DNA from: Batkoa obscura
Taxonomy: Eukaryota
NCBI GenBank assembly: GCA_030770535.1
Contig: JASVEC010000001.1
Span: 2,046,001 to 2,110,000, forward strand
Direction of reading: 5' to 3'
Length of the DNA: 64,000 nucleotides
Under the pieces are notes generated by a model. It worked only from the letters and a program-made list of their open reading frames with translations. It was not told the DNA's origin and did no database searches. Made by a program: the position numbers and the translations under genes. Positions 49,690 through 64,000 of the stretch are shown here, piece by piece; position 1 is the stretch's first letter; every line of letters starts with the position of its first letter.

Positions 49690-50900
49690 TTTAACTCAAT
49701 ATTGATATGTTTTCGATTTGATTGAGAATGGCTTTATCAATAGAATTAACAACAAATTTAATAAATAGTAATGGTATATTTAATTTATATTTTTTTGAAT
49801 ATTCCAATGTTTAGAAAATGAGTTAAAAAGTAATAAAATCCTCTAAGTGATACATCCAAATAACTTAATTCAGTTTTTTTAATAGATTTACATTGAATTA
49901 TATATTCTATTTTTCAAGCTCAAGCTCAATTTCTTCTAAACTAATATTATCAAATAATTGTCCAATATCAAACTTTTTCGATATAAAATGAAGACATTTA
50001 AAGATTGATAATAAATGATTCAATTGTAAAAATTCAATAATTAATTCACTAACATGAATTTCTTTAATATTGTTGAATTCAAAAACTGATAATTAAATAT
50101 ATTTTGACTAAAAATAACCTAAACAAATAGCATTACTATTTTCTATTACTTTCATAAAATCATCACAATAATCACTTGGAATAATTTCATTACGGTCACT
50201 AAATAAGATTATACTTTTGAACTTCCCTAAGTCACCAAAGTATTGGATATTGAAACCAATTTTTCCATCGATTGTTGATTTCAAATTTGAATTGAAACTT
50301 AAATTAAGATTGATTGTAATAGAATCTCCAGATAACCTATCCGCTTTCAAATATAAAGTTGTTAAATTATTGAATTGCGTTTTAGTAATATTCATTCTGT
50401 TAATATCTGAAATATTAGTATAATAAATTTTTAAGACTTTCAATTTATTTGCATTTAAATATTTAATAACTTCTTCAATAACTATTCGAAACCCATCAAT
50501 CCTAAACACTTCGAGTTGATTTAAATAATTTCGAAATATGATAATTGTTTATGATCTGAAGAAATTGTTTTTATCTTATTTAAGTTTAGCAATTTGATCT
50601 TCAAATCGTTTTTTTCTTTATAATTTATTATTATACATACATCTATAATTGTAGCCATTCTTATATATATCCTTTACTATTAGATTGATTTAAATAAGAT
50701 GTAGACTCTACCTTTGGACAATGACTAAAGTCTTTAATAGTACTCTCTATTAAAACTAAATATTTCATTAACAACTCATTTTCTTTAATAAATCTTTTTT
50801 GATAGTCACAACATTCATCAAGCTCAAATTGGGTATAAACATAATTTTCATTATATTCAATAGCTTTATTGGCTACTTTGAAAAAATATTTAATTAAAAA
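49690..50900 (-). pseudogene. Decayed LRR-like/lineage-specific gene remnant
   Basis: ORF 50108..50509 has LxxLxI-type periodicity (LKVLKIY, FNNLTTLYL). Flanking frames look coding-like but are broken. Boundaries approximate. Confidence 0.35.
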
Positions 50901-52161
50901 ACATAACTCAACTCAACTGGGTTCATCAATATGAAAAGCTTCATAAAGTAAAACATGTGGCAATTGTTCTAATTTTAAGCCTATTTTGAAATAAAGTTCT
51001 AAAAAAATGTCATCAAAAGTTGAGCTAAATTTTATAAATTTCACTCAATCTTAACTCCTCATTTGAACAAAACTGTTTGGATTATAGATTTAGTACATTT
51101 TATTCCAGAACCCAGCTAGATTCAAAAGTATATTTTTAAATCTAGCTGGGTTTCATAATATTTAAATTCAAATTTAAAAAATTTAAAAAATCAGTTTATA
51201 AACCAAATTAGGCTATTGAAAAAAGCAGTATACTGTATAAAGTAATTCATTAAAGAGTAATAATAAATATTTTAATGAAGCTACCATTATTAATGTAAAA
51301 AAAGTTATACAATTTGTGTCAAAAACAATATGATATTTCAAAATTAATATAATTACTTGTCAAAAGTTGGCTTCATGGATATTTAATTTAATAATAACAA
51401 GCTGAAACAATACTAATGTTAAAGGACACTACCATCAGATATTTATCTAAAAAAATCGCTCTAACTTTAGATTATTGAGATTAGTTATAAGCTAAATAGA
51501 ACTATTATTAAATCGACAGCTATGAAAAGACATTTAAAACCTACGATCAGGGACAGTGGTGCATTAATAATTAAAATTAAAGCTTAATAAAATTAAGCAA
51601 AGTCTATATTCATAATTTTAAATATTAATATAAAATTGTATTCAAGTAAACACTATAATAACCATTATTCAAAACAAAACTTTAATTTTCTATTTCTAAT
51701 TACTATAATATGATGAACTTTCAATTATTCCAACATATTTAAATTACTATTTATGCTAATGTTATCATCCTTCTGCTTCACCAAGTATTTTCAAATAATA
51801 TAAAAAGGATTTATTAGTATAAAATAATTAAATATAATTAGATACGATATAGTTTTAGCATTGCTCAAAATTATAAAAGATATATTGTTAATTAATAGGA
51901 TTAAGTTCTGTTGTGAAAAGCTCTATAAATAGTAAAAACTAAAAGCTGGATAGAAGTCAATTGTGCCTACCGCAACTGTTGTTAAAGTGAATTGAAGGAT
52001 CTTAGCTTAATATTTGTACAAATAAGTTAAAAGTTACTTTTTTCTTATTCAACTGCCCTATTTTAAATATTAAGTTAAAAAGTTTAAAAAAGCCAAAGAC
52101 TTTCTTCCAAAAGATAGTATATTCAAAGTATATATCCAATAATCTAAATGATAAAAGGGAT

Positions 52162-55100
52162 CTATCCTGTTGGTGTAGCGCATTCTTCTGGAGCTGGAGG
52201 GTTCAATCCATTTCTATTGGAATTCAATGGTATATTATTATAATGGTGACTTGGTCCCACATTTCGTTGTGTCATATTTAAGGCTGCATTAACTTCTTTC
52301 AAGGCTCTTTTAGAAATTGAAATATCATCATCATCATCATTAACCCAAATACATGCACTCCTTACTGTTGTATTTCCTTTTTCCCATCTCTCCTTAAGAT
52401 ATTCTTGTAAATGATTTCTATATTCTGGTTGAAGATAAGCTCCCCCATTTTTTGATTTTAGCGATCCATTAGGATTTTGATATGAAAGATTAACTGGTAT
52501 ATCATCTGTTCCATTTTCCCATCTCTTCCAAGCTTCAAGGTAACCATGTTCTAAATTTTTAACCCATCGTGGTGTATCAAATAAACGTGAATAGTCTCTA
52601 GTTAAAAACAATGCTTTTCTGAGCTCAATGAGTTCTCCATGGCCAATACGACGGTTCTTTTTGATTCCATTATCTGGTGGAAGCCTTGAGCTAGAGCTTA
52701 AACCTAAACGATTTAAAACAACTAATAAAATTAGTAAAATACTAAAATAAATATTATAAACTTACTTTCATTATCAGTTCCTTCCAAATACCTATACTTG
52801 ACAGATAATGCAAGTTTAACTGCTTGATCTGCATAGGCTTCCTCGCTTTCTGTTACCATATACTCCCCGTAACCAGTAGCATAAGCAATACTTGCTGCCA
52901 CACGTGAGCACATTTTATACATATGACGCGCAAAGGTTACAATTGGAGTTCCAGACCATAAAATATCGGCTGCAGTGGTATGTGCGTTACATTCAGGTGT
53001 ATCGAAAAATAGATCTGCAATCCTTCCTCGATGTATATGAATGTGTTTAGGTGCAACATCTGTGAAAAGGACTCTATTAGCCACTTCTGGTCCGGCTATT
53101 TCCATAGCTGTGCGTTTAAGATGAGCTTCACCAGCCGCTGGGAATCTCAAAAGCCAAAGCACAGAGTTAGGTACTCGTCTCAAAACATTAATCCATACAG
53201 CGTAAATTGCTGGATCAAGTTTATAAAGTTGATTGAAATTAGCAAAGATAATTGTATCTGGGTGAAGGCCTGGAAATACTTCTTGTCTCATTCGCCATCT
53301 TCTATCTTCTTCATGTAACCAAGCAAGTTCAAGATCTTCTCTTGTACGATTCATTGGATGTAATGGAATTCTATCAGCTCCAGCGTCTGGGTCATCTGGA
53401 TCTCTAAATCCTTGTCTATGGTCATTGACGAAATAAGAGTGTGGTAAGTATATCAATTTTTCAGTGTATACCCAAGATTCAGAAGCTTCTTCTGGATCCA
53501 AATCTAAAGAATCGACTTGACTCAACTTTTCTTTAATATATGTTACTTCTTCTCTTGCTAAAAATTGATCTGAACATACTGTTTGAGGTGGACATACAAT
53601 TGGATCAGCAATGAACCAATCACACCAATGCCCACCAAGAGTTCCTGCAAAACCCATATAGGACATCAAAATGGGTGCTGGTCTTGCTGCAAATACTTCA
53701 TTTCTGGCTCCTTTTGTATATCCATTGAGATTGATTAAGATATGAATACCATCTTGAATTATCCTTTCTACAATGGCTTGAGTTGACCATCCCGAAACAT
53801 CAATAAAATTGGGCGTTGAGCTTTGAATTTTAGCCCTGTAAGGTGAATTATCATTAGGCGTAGTTGCATATAAAAATACATCAAATTTTTCTCTATCATG
53901 GAAACCAAAAACAGATTGCATAAGATGTGCAAGTGGGTGATTAGCAAAATCGGAAGAAACATAACCCAATCTCAACTTATTCAAAGCTGGTGGTGGTGGG
54001 GGATAAACTGTAGATGGAAGCCATGGTGATGTTAATGTAGAATGTGCAATCCTTAAAGCATTACGATGACTTATAAGTCTGACTTGCCTTGGTGTAAGTG
54101 GATAGGTGAACGTATGAAATGGTAGAACAGTTGGTAATGGGGGAAGTGGTAGCTTGGGTAAATCAGGCCTTTTATAGAGGGCCAACTCACTTTGTTTAAG
54201 TTGAGCTAGATTTATCTTTCCAGAATTAGGTGCATATTTGTAATGTTTCCAATACCATAAACGTTGGAGTTTACGTATCGCCTTTTCTATCGCCCTCATC
54301 GCCCATCCGCCTTCATTAGGTATTGTGGCTTGACAAGAAGTACTTAATTTTTGCCAAATCGAATAGCGTTCTTTCCAAGTACTATCTTTACTTGATTGGA
54401 AGCAGCGTAACATATCCGAAATGAATGTGTTTTTATCTATTGAATTCTGTGAAAGTATTACACCACGCCCCCAATCCGATCCAGATATAAGTTGTTTATT
54501 AACAATTTGTATAATACGATCCATCCATCCAAGTCTAACCATGTTACTATGGGGATCTTTATAAGTATGGCGTCCGCGCCAATCACAAATACCTCCTAAA
54601 GCATTAACTAAACCACAAACTGCTTCTGTAAATTCTGGGTTTATTTCAACTGCTCTCATATACCATTGAATACTATCCTGTGTCCTTCCAGAGTCTTTCA
54701 ATGCGTTTCCTAGGTTAGCCAAAGCAACATCGAATTTGGGATTACATTCTACTGCCTTTTCATACATCCTTATGGCTTCACCAATATTACCCATATCCTT
54801 AAGTAATGAACCAAGATTAGTATACAAATGTGGGTGACGAGCATCCAAAGTTAAACCATATGAATAATATTGAAGAGCAAGATTACCCCCGGTTACTTGA
54901 GGAGGTTGATTATTTCCTGTTGGCAAAGGAGCTGGAATATTGCTAAGCAAAATACCCAAATTGTTACATGTAGAAGGACTAGGGTATAGTGATAGAGATA
55001 GGTAATAGAGCGGTAAAAGAAGTGAAAGTGGGTGTGGATTAATACAAGTATCTTGATATATTTTAGCTAAAGTCAAAATAACAACTGAAGTTGTTTGACA

Positions 55101-56975
55101 TGCTAGATTATGAAAATTAGGTTGTGTGATTTCAGTTCTTGAGCGATCAAGCATACCAGGAAGTATTCCTCCAGAATTTGCAAACAACATCCCATAAAGT
55201 TGAAGACTAACGTGAGGCGGTAAAAGTACATTCGGTGTTTGTGATAACTCAAACTTAGAAAGATTGTCAGGGTGTGGAACTATTTCTGGAGGCAAATACA
55301 GTGCAAGGATTTGCGCTATTATCTCAAATAATGTAAATCCACCAAAAATCAGTTGAAGTGCCCTTTCATATTCTTTTCTCGCTTCACTTATTTTACCCAT
55401 TGCATACATCATATTTCCTTTTGAATATAATAAGTTTTGAAATCTAGGCACAAATGCTTGGCCTAATATTTGGCATGGATCTTTACAAAAATCTTCAAAA
55501 CTATTATTACCCAAAACATGTGATTCTACATAACAACACAATTTATAAGCTTCATTATACCTTGGGGAATTCTGATTTGGGACTTGATTACTATGGTCTT
55601 GAGGTTGTTGCATACTTGGAGGCCTAGAAAAGGTTAGTAATCCAATAAGATTTTCAACTGCATCCCAATAAGTTGGTCGTATCTTTATAGCCTTCCACCA
55701 CCAGTGTTCTGCTTCTTTATCTTGTCCCATATTTCTAAAAGTTGTTCCTATATTACCCATAGCTTCAACATAGTTCGGGTCTATTTTAAGTATTTCAAAA
55801 TGAAACTCAAGAGAAGTTTGATGATTTCCGTGAGCGTAGTATACACATGCTAAAAGAAGCAATATAGGAAGATGGTTAGGATGAAGTTGGTTTAATGTTA
55901 TAAGTAAAGGGAGAAGGTTAGGTGAATGTGAATTTGATGTATATAAACTATGTGCATATTGTAATAAATGATCTCTCCAAGGCTCGAGTTTTGCATTTTT
56001 TATTGTTACGTTAGTTCCATATACATATTGCTCTTGTAAATTTATTGGGGCTTGGGGAACATAATGATGTTGGAATTGATATGTTTGTGTTGAATAAACT
56101 ATTGGAACACCATTCGAGTCTATTTGTGGGTAAGATATATTTCCATAATGCCCAATAGTGGCTGAGTTTGGATTATTTATTACTGATTGCCCATTTTGAT
56201 ATCTAATTCCTTGATAATTTTGAAAGCTTCCATGATATTGGTTATTTATAGTTGTCCCGTGGGTTTTATATTGAGGTATTTGTCCATTATTACTCCACCT
56301 TGAGCCCCATTGTTGATTATACATCGTGTAATTATCATTAGTATTATTATATTGTTTACCTCCACTGTTATAATCCGGGATCTCTTGAATTGGTGGCAAT
56401 GCATATTGATTATTTATAATAACTCCTTGATTATTTGCGGGTGCACCATAGAAAAAATGTGATAAATGAAGATCTGGTTGATATTCCCTATTGTAATAAT
56501 TCATTGCATGATCATACATATATACAGAAAGGATATTTGGTGTTGGGGGTGCAATCATTAAAGCTTCATGTGGGTGGTTTGGTACTGGTAAAAATGCTGG
56601 CATCTGGTGCATTGGATATATCCCTTGAACAGGGTAATGATAGTTGGCTGGATTATTTTGATTAAAATTTATATAACTTGGTTGCGGAGAATTTACCCAA
56701 GGCTCGGGATACCTTGCAGTTGTGATGGCGAAATGACCAAATTGTTCGTTTAGTTGTATGTTATCGTTTTCATATTCATCCTCCTCATCCTCTTCTTCAT
56801 GTTGATTATTCATAGTATTATAATGCCCATTTTGTTGATTATTCATGACTCCATTTCGATAATTTAAATTATATTGCTCATTTCGTAATTGATCATTAGT
56901 TAGGTTGACCATCTGTTGATGATTTATAACTGAATTGATATTTTGTTGTAGCGTAGGTTCCTGCCTTTGAGCCAT
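52162..56975 (-). CDS. OGT: O-GlcNAc transferase (GT41, TPR-containing), ~1583 aa, intron 52704-52765
   Basis: TPR repeats; GYVSSDFANHPLAHLM, LNGYTKG, FNQLYKLDP, NAHTTAADILWSGTP. In-frame splice joins ORF 52162..52611. Confidence 0.92.
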
Positions 56976-58599
56976 CGCCTTTAATAAAATAAATAAAATG
57001 GAACTTTTTAGTATAGAAAGTAAGGCTCTGTTTTAATATATACTTCAGAAACTTCAATAATTTAATCAATAACTTATCAAATAAATTATTCTTAATATTA
57101 CATTAATTTATTCTTATTTGCTAAATTTATTCCTATGCCTTTGGCCTGTGTGGTTAAAATTTACCCAAAATAGTTAAAAAGACTTTGATTGAATGTTTGG
57201 ACTGCTTCTGAAATTTAAGTATATGATTGGTTTAAGGCGATATAGGCCAAAGTTCAGATAGTAATTCGCTAGAATTAATCGTTGAAAGTGATTTAATTTG
57301 ATTAAACCAGATAGCTTAAGCATACACTAATAATCAAAAGATTTATTTAGAAAAATATTTATGAGATAAAAAAATAAATGATAGCTATATTAAATCATAA
57401 TTGTTATGCCGCCAAATTGATTCAAAATTCATGTTATTCACCTATTAACTCCTCTTAATGATATTTTCTTGTATGTTAGTACAAAAGCTAATTAATAATC
57501 TAGACTTATGGTTAATTCTTTAATCACTAATAAGTCAGTTATAAAAGCTGAGTAAATTTATAAATGAAGCTTTATAAAACGCCAAATAAGTTTATTTCCA
57601 TACTGATAATACTATTTCAATATCTCAATTTATTTTAAAACTTTATGGTTGCAGATTATAAACAAGAAATCCAACTAAGCATGGTAAACGATTTATTCTA
57701 AACTCTACAAATAAGTTAAGTGAAAACAGATTTGTAACAATAACAAAAGTATTTTAGAGCTTTAGAAAAGATAGAATCACTTTACTATTGAAAATACTGT
57801 AAAGGTTGATTTTTTTCCTTAATTAGATTATCACTTTGAAATTTAGTTTTTTATTCTTAAGCGTACTACAATCTCAGATATTATTGGTTCAAAGGCGAAA
57901 AGATTGCTTTTTTGTAACCAACTCTACTTGATTTTAAAACTTGCATTTTTAGAACAAATAGCGCTAAAAATTCAAATAAAAACTAGGCGCTAAGCTCTTA
58001 GCTCCTTAAACTAATAAAGAGATTATTGTTAATACAATAGGACGTTATAATATTTGATTTTAAGTCCGTCCTTATAAAATAATTTATGTTTAAGTTGAAA
58101 TCTCTATCTAAAATGCTATAATGTAAATCTTATACTTACTCTATGAAAAGGAAGATTTTGTACTTAATTGCCCAATAATCTTTTACTTTAGATATTTTTA
58201 AATAAAAACCATATTATAAATCTTTACCAATTTAAAATGAGAAGATAAAAGATAATCAGAAGAGTAATAATGAGTAATCTTCAATTTCACAAATTATAAT
58301 TATAATACCGGTAGTAATATTGTTGTAATATTATTTTATTGTTGATTTATGTAAAGCTATATTTATTATAAAAACACTTTATTTTAATTCATAAACATAA
58401 AAGTATGTTAATAATAATGAAGCTTTTACATCAGTTGATACATCATTTATGTAATGAAAGCGCTAATAAATTTGGGCAAAAGATTAACATTTTAGGTATT
58501 CTCAAATATTGTAGCAATTAGGCTTTAAATAAGGCCTTAATTTCATTTAGTTAACAATAAAATAGCATAAAGTACAAATTTATTATAACAATTTAAACA

Positions 58600-60862
58600 T
58601 TACCACCATCCTAAAAGCTTCCACCATGCCATTCCAATAGTAAAGTATATGCTAAAATAAAATAAGGCCATAAAGAACCCAACAGTAAACCACTGTTTGC
58701 GCTCTACGTAACCTTGACCAAAATAAATCGCTAATGAACCTAAGTAAAATTAGTATCGTGTTTTTGAACATCTATTTATTTACCAGTCGAATAAGTAGTC
58801 TAATAATAATGAATTAAGATAGAGATTAAAATCGATAAAAGTAGTATTACCATACAACAGCATAAGGAGCTAAAATATGCCAGCAATGAAACTAATAAAA
58901 ATGGAGGACAGTCTAACCTTACACCTGCTTCAAGGAAAGCAGCCACTAACGCTACAATATGCCCAGTGGCTGAAGAAAACATATACATTGAAAGAAAATA
59001 GATCAAAGCAAGTATAATACTTGATTGGACTGGAGAAAAGTTTTCTGAAATTAATGACTTTGCTACTTTATCTCCTAACCAATCTGAGATATTTAACTCA
59101 CTTAGCTGTTCAGCCAAAACAATAAATCCAGACAACCAAAATAAAGTATCCCACTAATGTAACACATAAATATTTAACATAAGTTATAAGAATATTAATA
59201 CCGCTTTAGTATTCTTAGAGATATCCTCCCAAGATAAAATATCAACTAGGATCATAATTACCATTGCTAAAAACCCAATTAAAGCATTATTAAGTCCGGT
59301 ATGTGATTCAGTAGACCATAAAGTGAGGCATACCATTAATACAATAATTAATTTCTAAAAATTAGATTATCTAAAGTACGAATATATTGAAATTACCCAT
59401 TCTTTAAATGTTACAGGCCCTAAAGTATCAAGTTTTGATTTTATATCGTTTTGAATTATCTCTCCGTTATATCCTTTTGGCTTAACTATCCAAAATAAAA
59501 AGAAAGGCATTACTAAAAGTGTAAAAAAGCCTGGGACAAAACTCCCTGTAAGCCATTGCATAAACCCAAATTCTATCTTGAATACTTGATAAGCTTTCGC
59601 ACTTATCAATGGGTTTGGTGCTAATCCTGTCAAAAATAAAGAAGACGAGATCAAATTGGCTTGACTAGCAACTAAAATTAAGTAACGATTGATGCTATTG
59701 TCATGAGATATTAAATTATTGGGACTCTCTTCAATTACTTGAATAACTGATGTTACTATAGGTGCTATAACTCCACCACCCCTTGCACTGTTAGATGGTA
59801 TAAATGGTGCAAGTATAAATTCTATTTAAAAAATATAAAATACTTAAATTAAATCAAATGAATTACCAATTGAATTTTACCTGCAAAACAAAAACTTAGT
59901 CCAAGGCCAGTGGTGCTACTTCCCATCATAGCAACTAAGTGCATGGCAATACGCTTACCTAAGCCACTAACTTCCACAGCTAAACAAAGAATTCAATATG
60001 GTAAAATATGAGACTGAGTTATTACCTTTTCCAATGTGGAAAGCACAAAAAACTAACCACACTACATCATTTGTAAAACTAAACAATCATTATTTGTTAT
60101 TAAGAAAATTGAGAATTTTGTACCCTGATACTATTACATGGAAGCTACTCTGAAAAAAATTAAGTCATTACATCTTAATTTAAAATTCTTTACTTTGTAT
60201 GCGTTACATGAGTCAATAATTCCGCATAAATTACACTCTAAAGAAGCTCCATCACTACCTTTACACATAAGATTTTTAGTCAAAGCCAATACTGATAAAG
60301 CTATAGCTATTAATGCCGAGACTTCATAAGAAGAAATTAATAAAGCTAGAATAAAACTATAAAAATTAATTTTTACGCTAAACAATGGTCTAAATATAAA
60401 TACCCTGCAAACACAGCTAGTACATGTATACTAGTATGGGTTAAATCTGAGCCAGGAGGTATACCCCATATAATCGCTGCAATTATAACTGAAGGCATTA
60501 GTGACAATAATGGATGGTTAAAAATATCAATATCAAGTCCACTAAATAGATTGTGCCACGCATCTAAATTTCTTTAGTTAATTTATGATGGCAACACAAG
60601 ACTACTCTTTTATCAATAGTAATTGCTAATACCTCCTATTTTATCCTTCTTTAGTGAAGATTGATAACTTGCAATTGAAGTTCGCCTTGCGATAATGCTA
60701 GTATTTAGTTCATTATTTATGTATAATAATGGAGTAACCTCGCCTATCAAGGTATTTAAAAATATTCCCAATGTTGTAACTTTAACTATTACTCATACTA
60801 TGTCTTTTCTGTATAGTTTGTTCAGTATCGTCAAATCCCATTTTTGGCTGTCCTTGATTCAT
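58600..60862 (-). CDS. DASS/SLC13 anion (di/tricarboxylate or sulfate) transporter, CitT/DiT-type, multi-exon
   Basis: APFIPSNSARGGGVIAP, SSLFLTGLAPNPL, YMFSSATGH, IYFGQGYV..WF, terminal WWKLLGWW*. Confidence 0.85.
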
Positions 60863-61707
60863 TTAAAATATTAATGAAAGAGAGAAACGATATATAGTAT
60901 TACACTGGTCACGTGTATTTATATTATATTGGCTCCTATTCCACCCTTAAGATTATATTAGCATGACTAAATATTTATTTTTCATCAATACAATTTATTT
61001 TTAGCTTATTATCACAGTCACAAAATGACTCATTAAATTGAGTGACTACTCTATTTAGTAAAATAAATGAATAAAATGGTCTTAAATCCATTTCATTAAT
61101 ATTCGTTTTTGATTTAAAGGTTTTATGACAGATATTTTAAAAATAAATCATAGCTTCAACTATAATTACAAGTGATAATGATTGAATTTTTTACCCTTTA
61201 CTGCTTTTAAATACTAGATTATATTCCAATTTTGATATTTCTAATAATTTATATAAATAAATATCCTTAATAGCTCAATATAAAATAGTATTGAATTCAA
61301 TTAAATACCATTTTATGAAAGGGGATTAAATAGTAGGATTATTTCATAGAACTTGAACATATAAGGTTTAAAAAGGGAACCAGAGTCAAATAAAATTAAC
61401 AATTTCGATAGACAATAAAAATGATTTGCTTAAATATAGGCAAACTCTCTATAGCCAATCAAATTACGTAATTGAGGCGAAAAGCAAAACTAATTTCCAA
61501 GATTTTCTAAGCCTACTTTTTAATTCCTTAATTTAACATTAAAACTTTGTCTTTCTTTTATTTTAGCAAGAAAATTTAGGGCATCCATCCAGTTTATACC
61601 GCTTAAGATATTTTTTTCAACAAATTTATATCTTTTTAAAATAAAGCTCTTTATTTGATTTATTCTTTGACTCTAAATAACTACAAATCTTTATTTTTTT
61701 GGTGAAT

Positions 61708-63893
61708 ATGAATCACGAAGTATCGGATTATGAGATTCCCAATGTTGATAAAAGCGATAAGTAATTCATTATTTTGCTATATCTACTTTTTCTTAATTAA
61801 AAATCACATTTTAGTATGGAAATTGTCGATAATGATAACCAAGTAGATTCTGACTTGAAAAAACCTTTAAATTCACTGCCAATTACACAAAGTATGCATT
61901 ATTTTTTTGAAAAAAATCGCCTAAATAAACATTTTAGATGGAAATTTCTCATCACCTGAATCGCAAAAATTAATAAGCGGCGATGATAAAGAAAATAATT
62001 CATACGGTAATGAGAACAATTCTAATGCAGAAAGAGAAATCCAAGAACATACTGATTCAAGAAATCTTCCTGAACAAAGCGCTTCTAAAAATAGAAGTAG
62101 ACCTAAGGTATTTAACTGTTTTTTCAAAAAAAAAATAGGCTTTAATATTTTAACAGCCTTCTCGAACTACCCCTATTTTACAACCATTAAGGAGGCCAAC
62201 AATGTCAAGAGATGATTTAAAACAATGTAGTAGTATTATTAAAGCGATGCGCAGGCACCCTGACGCAGGCCCTTTTCTTGAGCCAGTTGACTATAAAAAG
62301 CTTAAGCTACTTGATTATCCAACAATTATTAAAAGGCCAATGGATATAGATACAATTGATAAAAAACTCATCGTTTGTGATTATAATAGTGTTGATGAGT
62401 TTTTTTCTGATATAAAGCAGATCTTTGATAATTGTTATTTATATAATGGAAAGGATGCACCTGTATCTGTTATGGCTAGCAAGCTTGAAGCTTATTTTAA
62501 CAAATATAAACGTGATTTTTCCCATGCTGTAAGTTTTAAATTTCACTTTGGAATATTTTAACTTATAAACTAGACCGAAATATTGGAACAAACTACAAAC
62601 CCAGTTACCCATCAGATATCAAGAACTAAACCTAAACCCAAACCTAAACAAGTAATTATTATTTTCTTAAAAAAGAAAAAACATTTAAAAGGTAAATAGC
62701 CCTTAAGGAAAGGTTCTCACATAAATGGTAATGGTTCGCATAAAGAAAATACGCGAATTTCAAAATCAAGAATGCCAGCAGAACATTACGAATTTTGTCA
62801 GAATTTGATAAAAGAAATGTTCCATAAAAAACACAATGCCTATTCATTCCCTTTCCTTCAGCCAGTAGATTGGGAAGAAATGAATATACCGGATTACCCA
62901 ATCATTGTAAAATATCCTATGGATTTTTCTACTGCAAAGACTAAACTTGATACTGGAAAATATAACACGGTTGATGAGTTTGGAGCAGATATTCGTTTGA
63001 TATTTACAAATTGTTATAAATATAATCCTCCATCAGGCCAAGTATATTTAATGGGGAAAAGATTAGAACAGGTTTTTGAGAAAAAATGGGAAGCTAGACG
63101 TGGTTTGTCTGCCTCTATAAATGATGGACTTAGTACTGATGAAACAACATCAGAAGATGACATTGTACCAATCAAAACTGACAGTAATTTACTTTCAATC
63201 TATTTTTATTGTATTGAAAATTCCTAGGATCACAAAGGCAAACCAAGGAAAGTACACGACCAAGTAAACCTGTTAAAAAGGATCCTAGACCTGTTAAAAG
63301 AAAGCATATAAATGAACCTGCAACGAATAAAATTAAGAATATAGTAAAAAGTGGGAAATCTAAAGAAAGTGGTACGAAAAGTAATTATGAAGAATACCCA
63401 CCTGTTACTATGGAACAAATGACTGAATTGAGTGCTGTTATAAACCAATTAGAAGGCGATCAATTAACTACAGTTGTAGATATTATTAGTCAATCAATGC
63501 CAGAAATTATTGGGGTATTTTATTTTTTTATTGAACTTCCAAATTTTAAATGTTTTAGGCAAACAAAGCTATCGAACTTGATGTTAATTCATTGGACAAT
63601 ACTACTTTAGCAAGATTATACGATGAAGTAGTTGAAAACCCAAAAAGGAAACAGGCTAAAATAGCTCATAATGTTGATAGCAGACAGAGTTCAACTCATG
63701 TACCAGCATCTTATAAAAAAACAGGTAAATTAATGACTTTGTATAAAGTAAAGTTGAGAAGTAACTTTATCTTAACAATTTGAAATTAGGTAAAGAAACG
63801 TCCCATAAAAGAGATTTAAGTTCAACAGATGAATCATCTGGTTCAGATTCAGACTCAAGCTCTGGATCAAGCACTTCAGGTAGTAGCGATTGA
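61708..63893 (+). CDS. BDF1: BET-family double-bromodomain protein, multi-exon
   Basis: Two bromodomains (PFLEPVD..DYPTIIKRPMD..NCYLYN; PFLQPVD..NCYKYN), an ET domain (VTMEQMTELSAVINQL..VVDII..IELDVNSLD) and a Ser/Asp-rich tail. Confidence 0.9.
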
Positions 63894-64000
63894 TTTTTTT
63901 TACTTATTATAAGGAACTAAGTAGTTTAATACTTTACTTTAATTACTATGGGTGCTTAATATATTAAGTTTATACCCTAAGCAAATGATTTATTTTAATA

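Noticed and set aside
57956..57970. aaatagcgcta resembling the MITE-1 core
   Set aside because: Only a ~10-bp match with no flanking similarity.

Overview
Very AT-rich eukaryotic DNA with short GT-AG introns (~45-65 bp). It is almost certainly fungal; gene content and composition suggest an early-diverging lineage such as Zoopagomycota/Entomophthorales (inference). Housekeeping genes: Tos4-like FHA protein, ankyrin protein, TRM7, a stand-alone FHA protein, UBA2, a MAK/Ime2-like kinase, a HECT E3 (Hul4/HECTD2-like), MRX11-like protein, hexokinase, NRDE-2, O-GlcNAc transferase, a CitT/DiT-type DASS transporter and BDF1. A Zn2Cys6 factor and an A-T-R carboxylic acid reductase sit in a gene-poor block. 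The left 34 kb holds 14 copies of a ~105-bp MITE plus three other fold-back elements; I found no copy of that MITE in the right 30 kb. The most striking structure is a family of small secreted Pro/Ala-rich peptide genes in convergent type-A/type-B pairs. They form two mirror-image clusters (1.4-4.9 kb and 30.3-32.8 kb), about half the members are pseudogenes missed by the ORF track, and each pair keeps at most one cleanly intact member. All comparisons were made by eye, without alignment tools or database searches.
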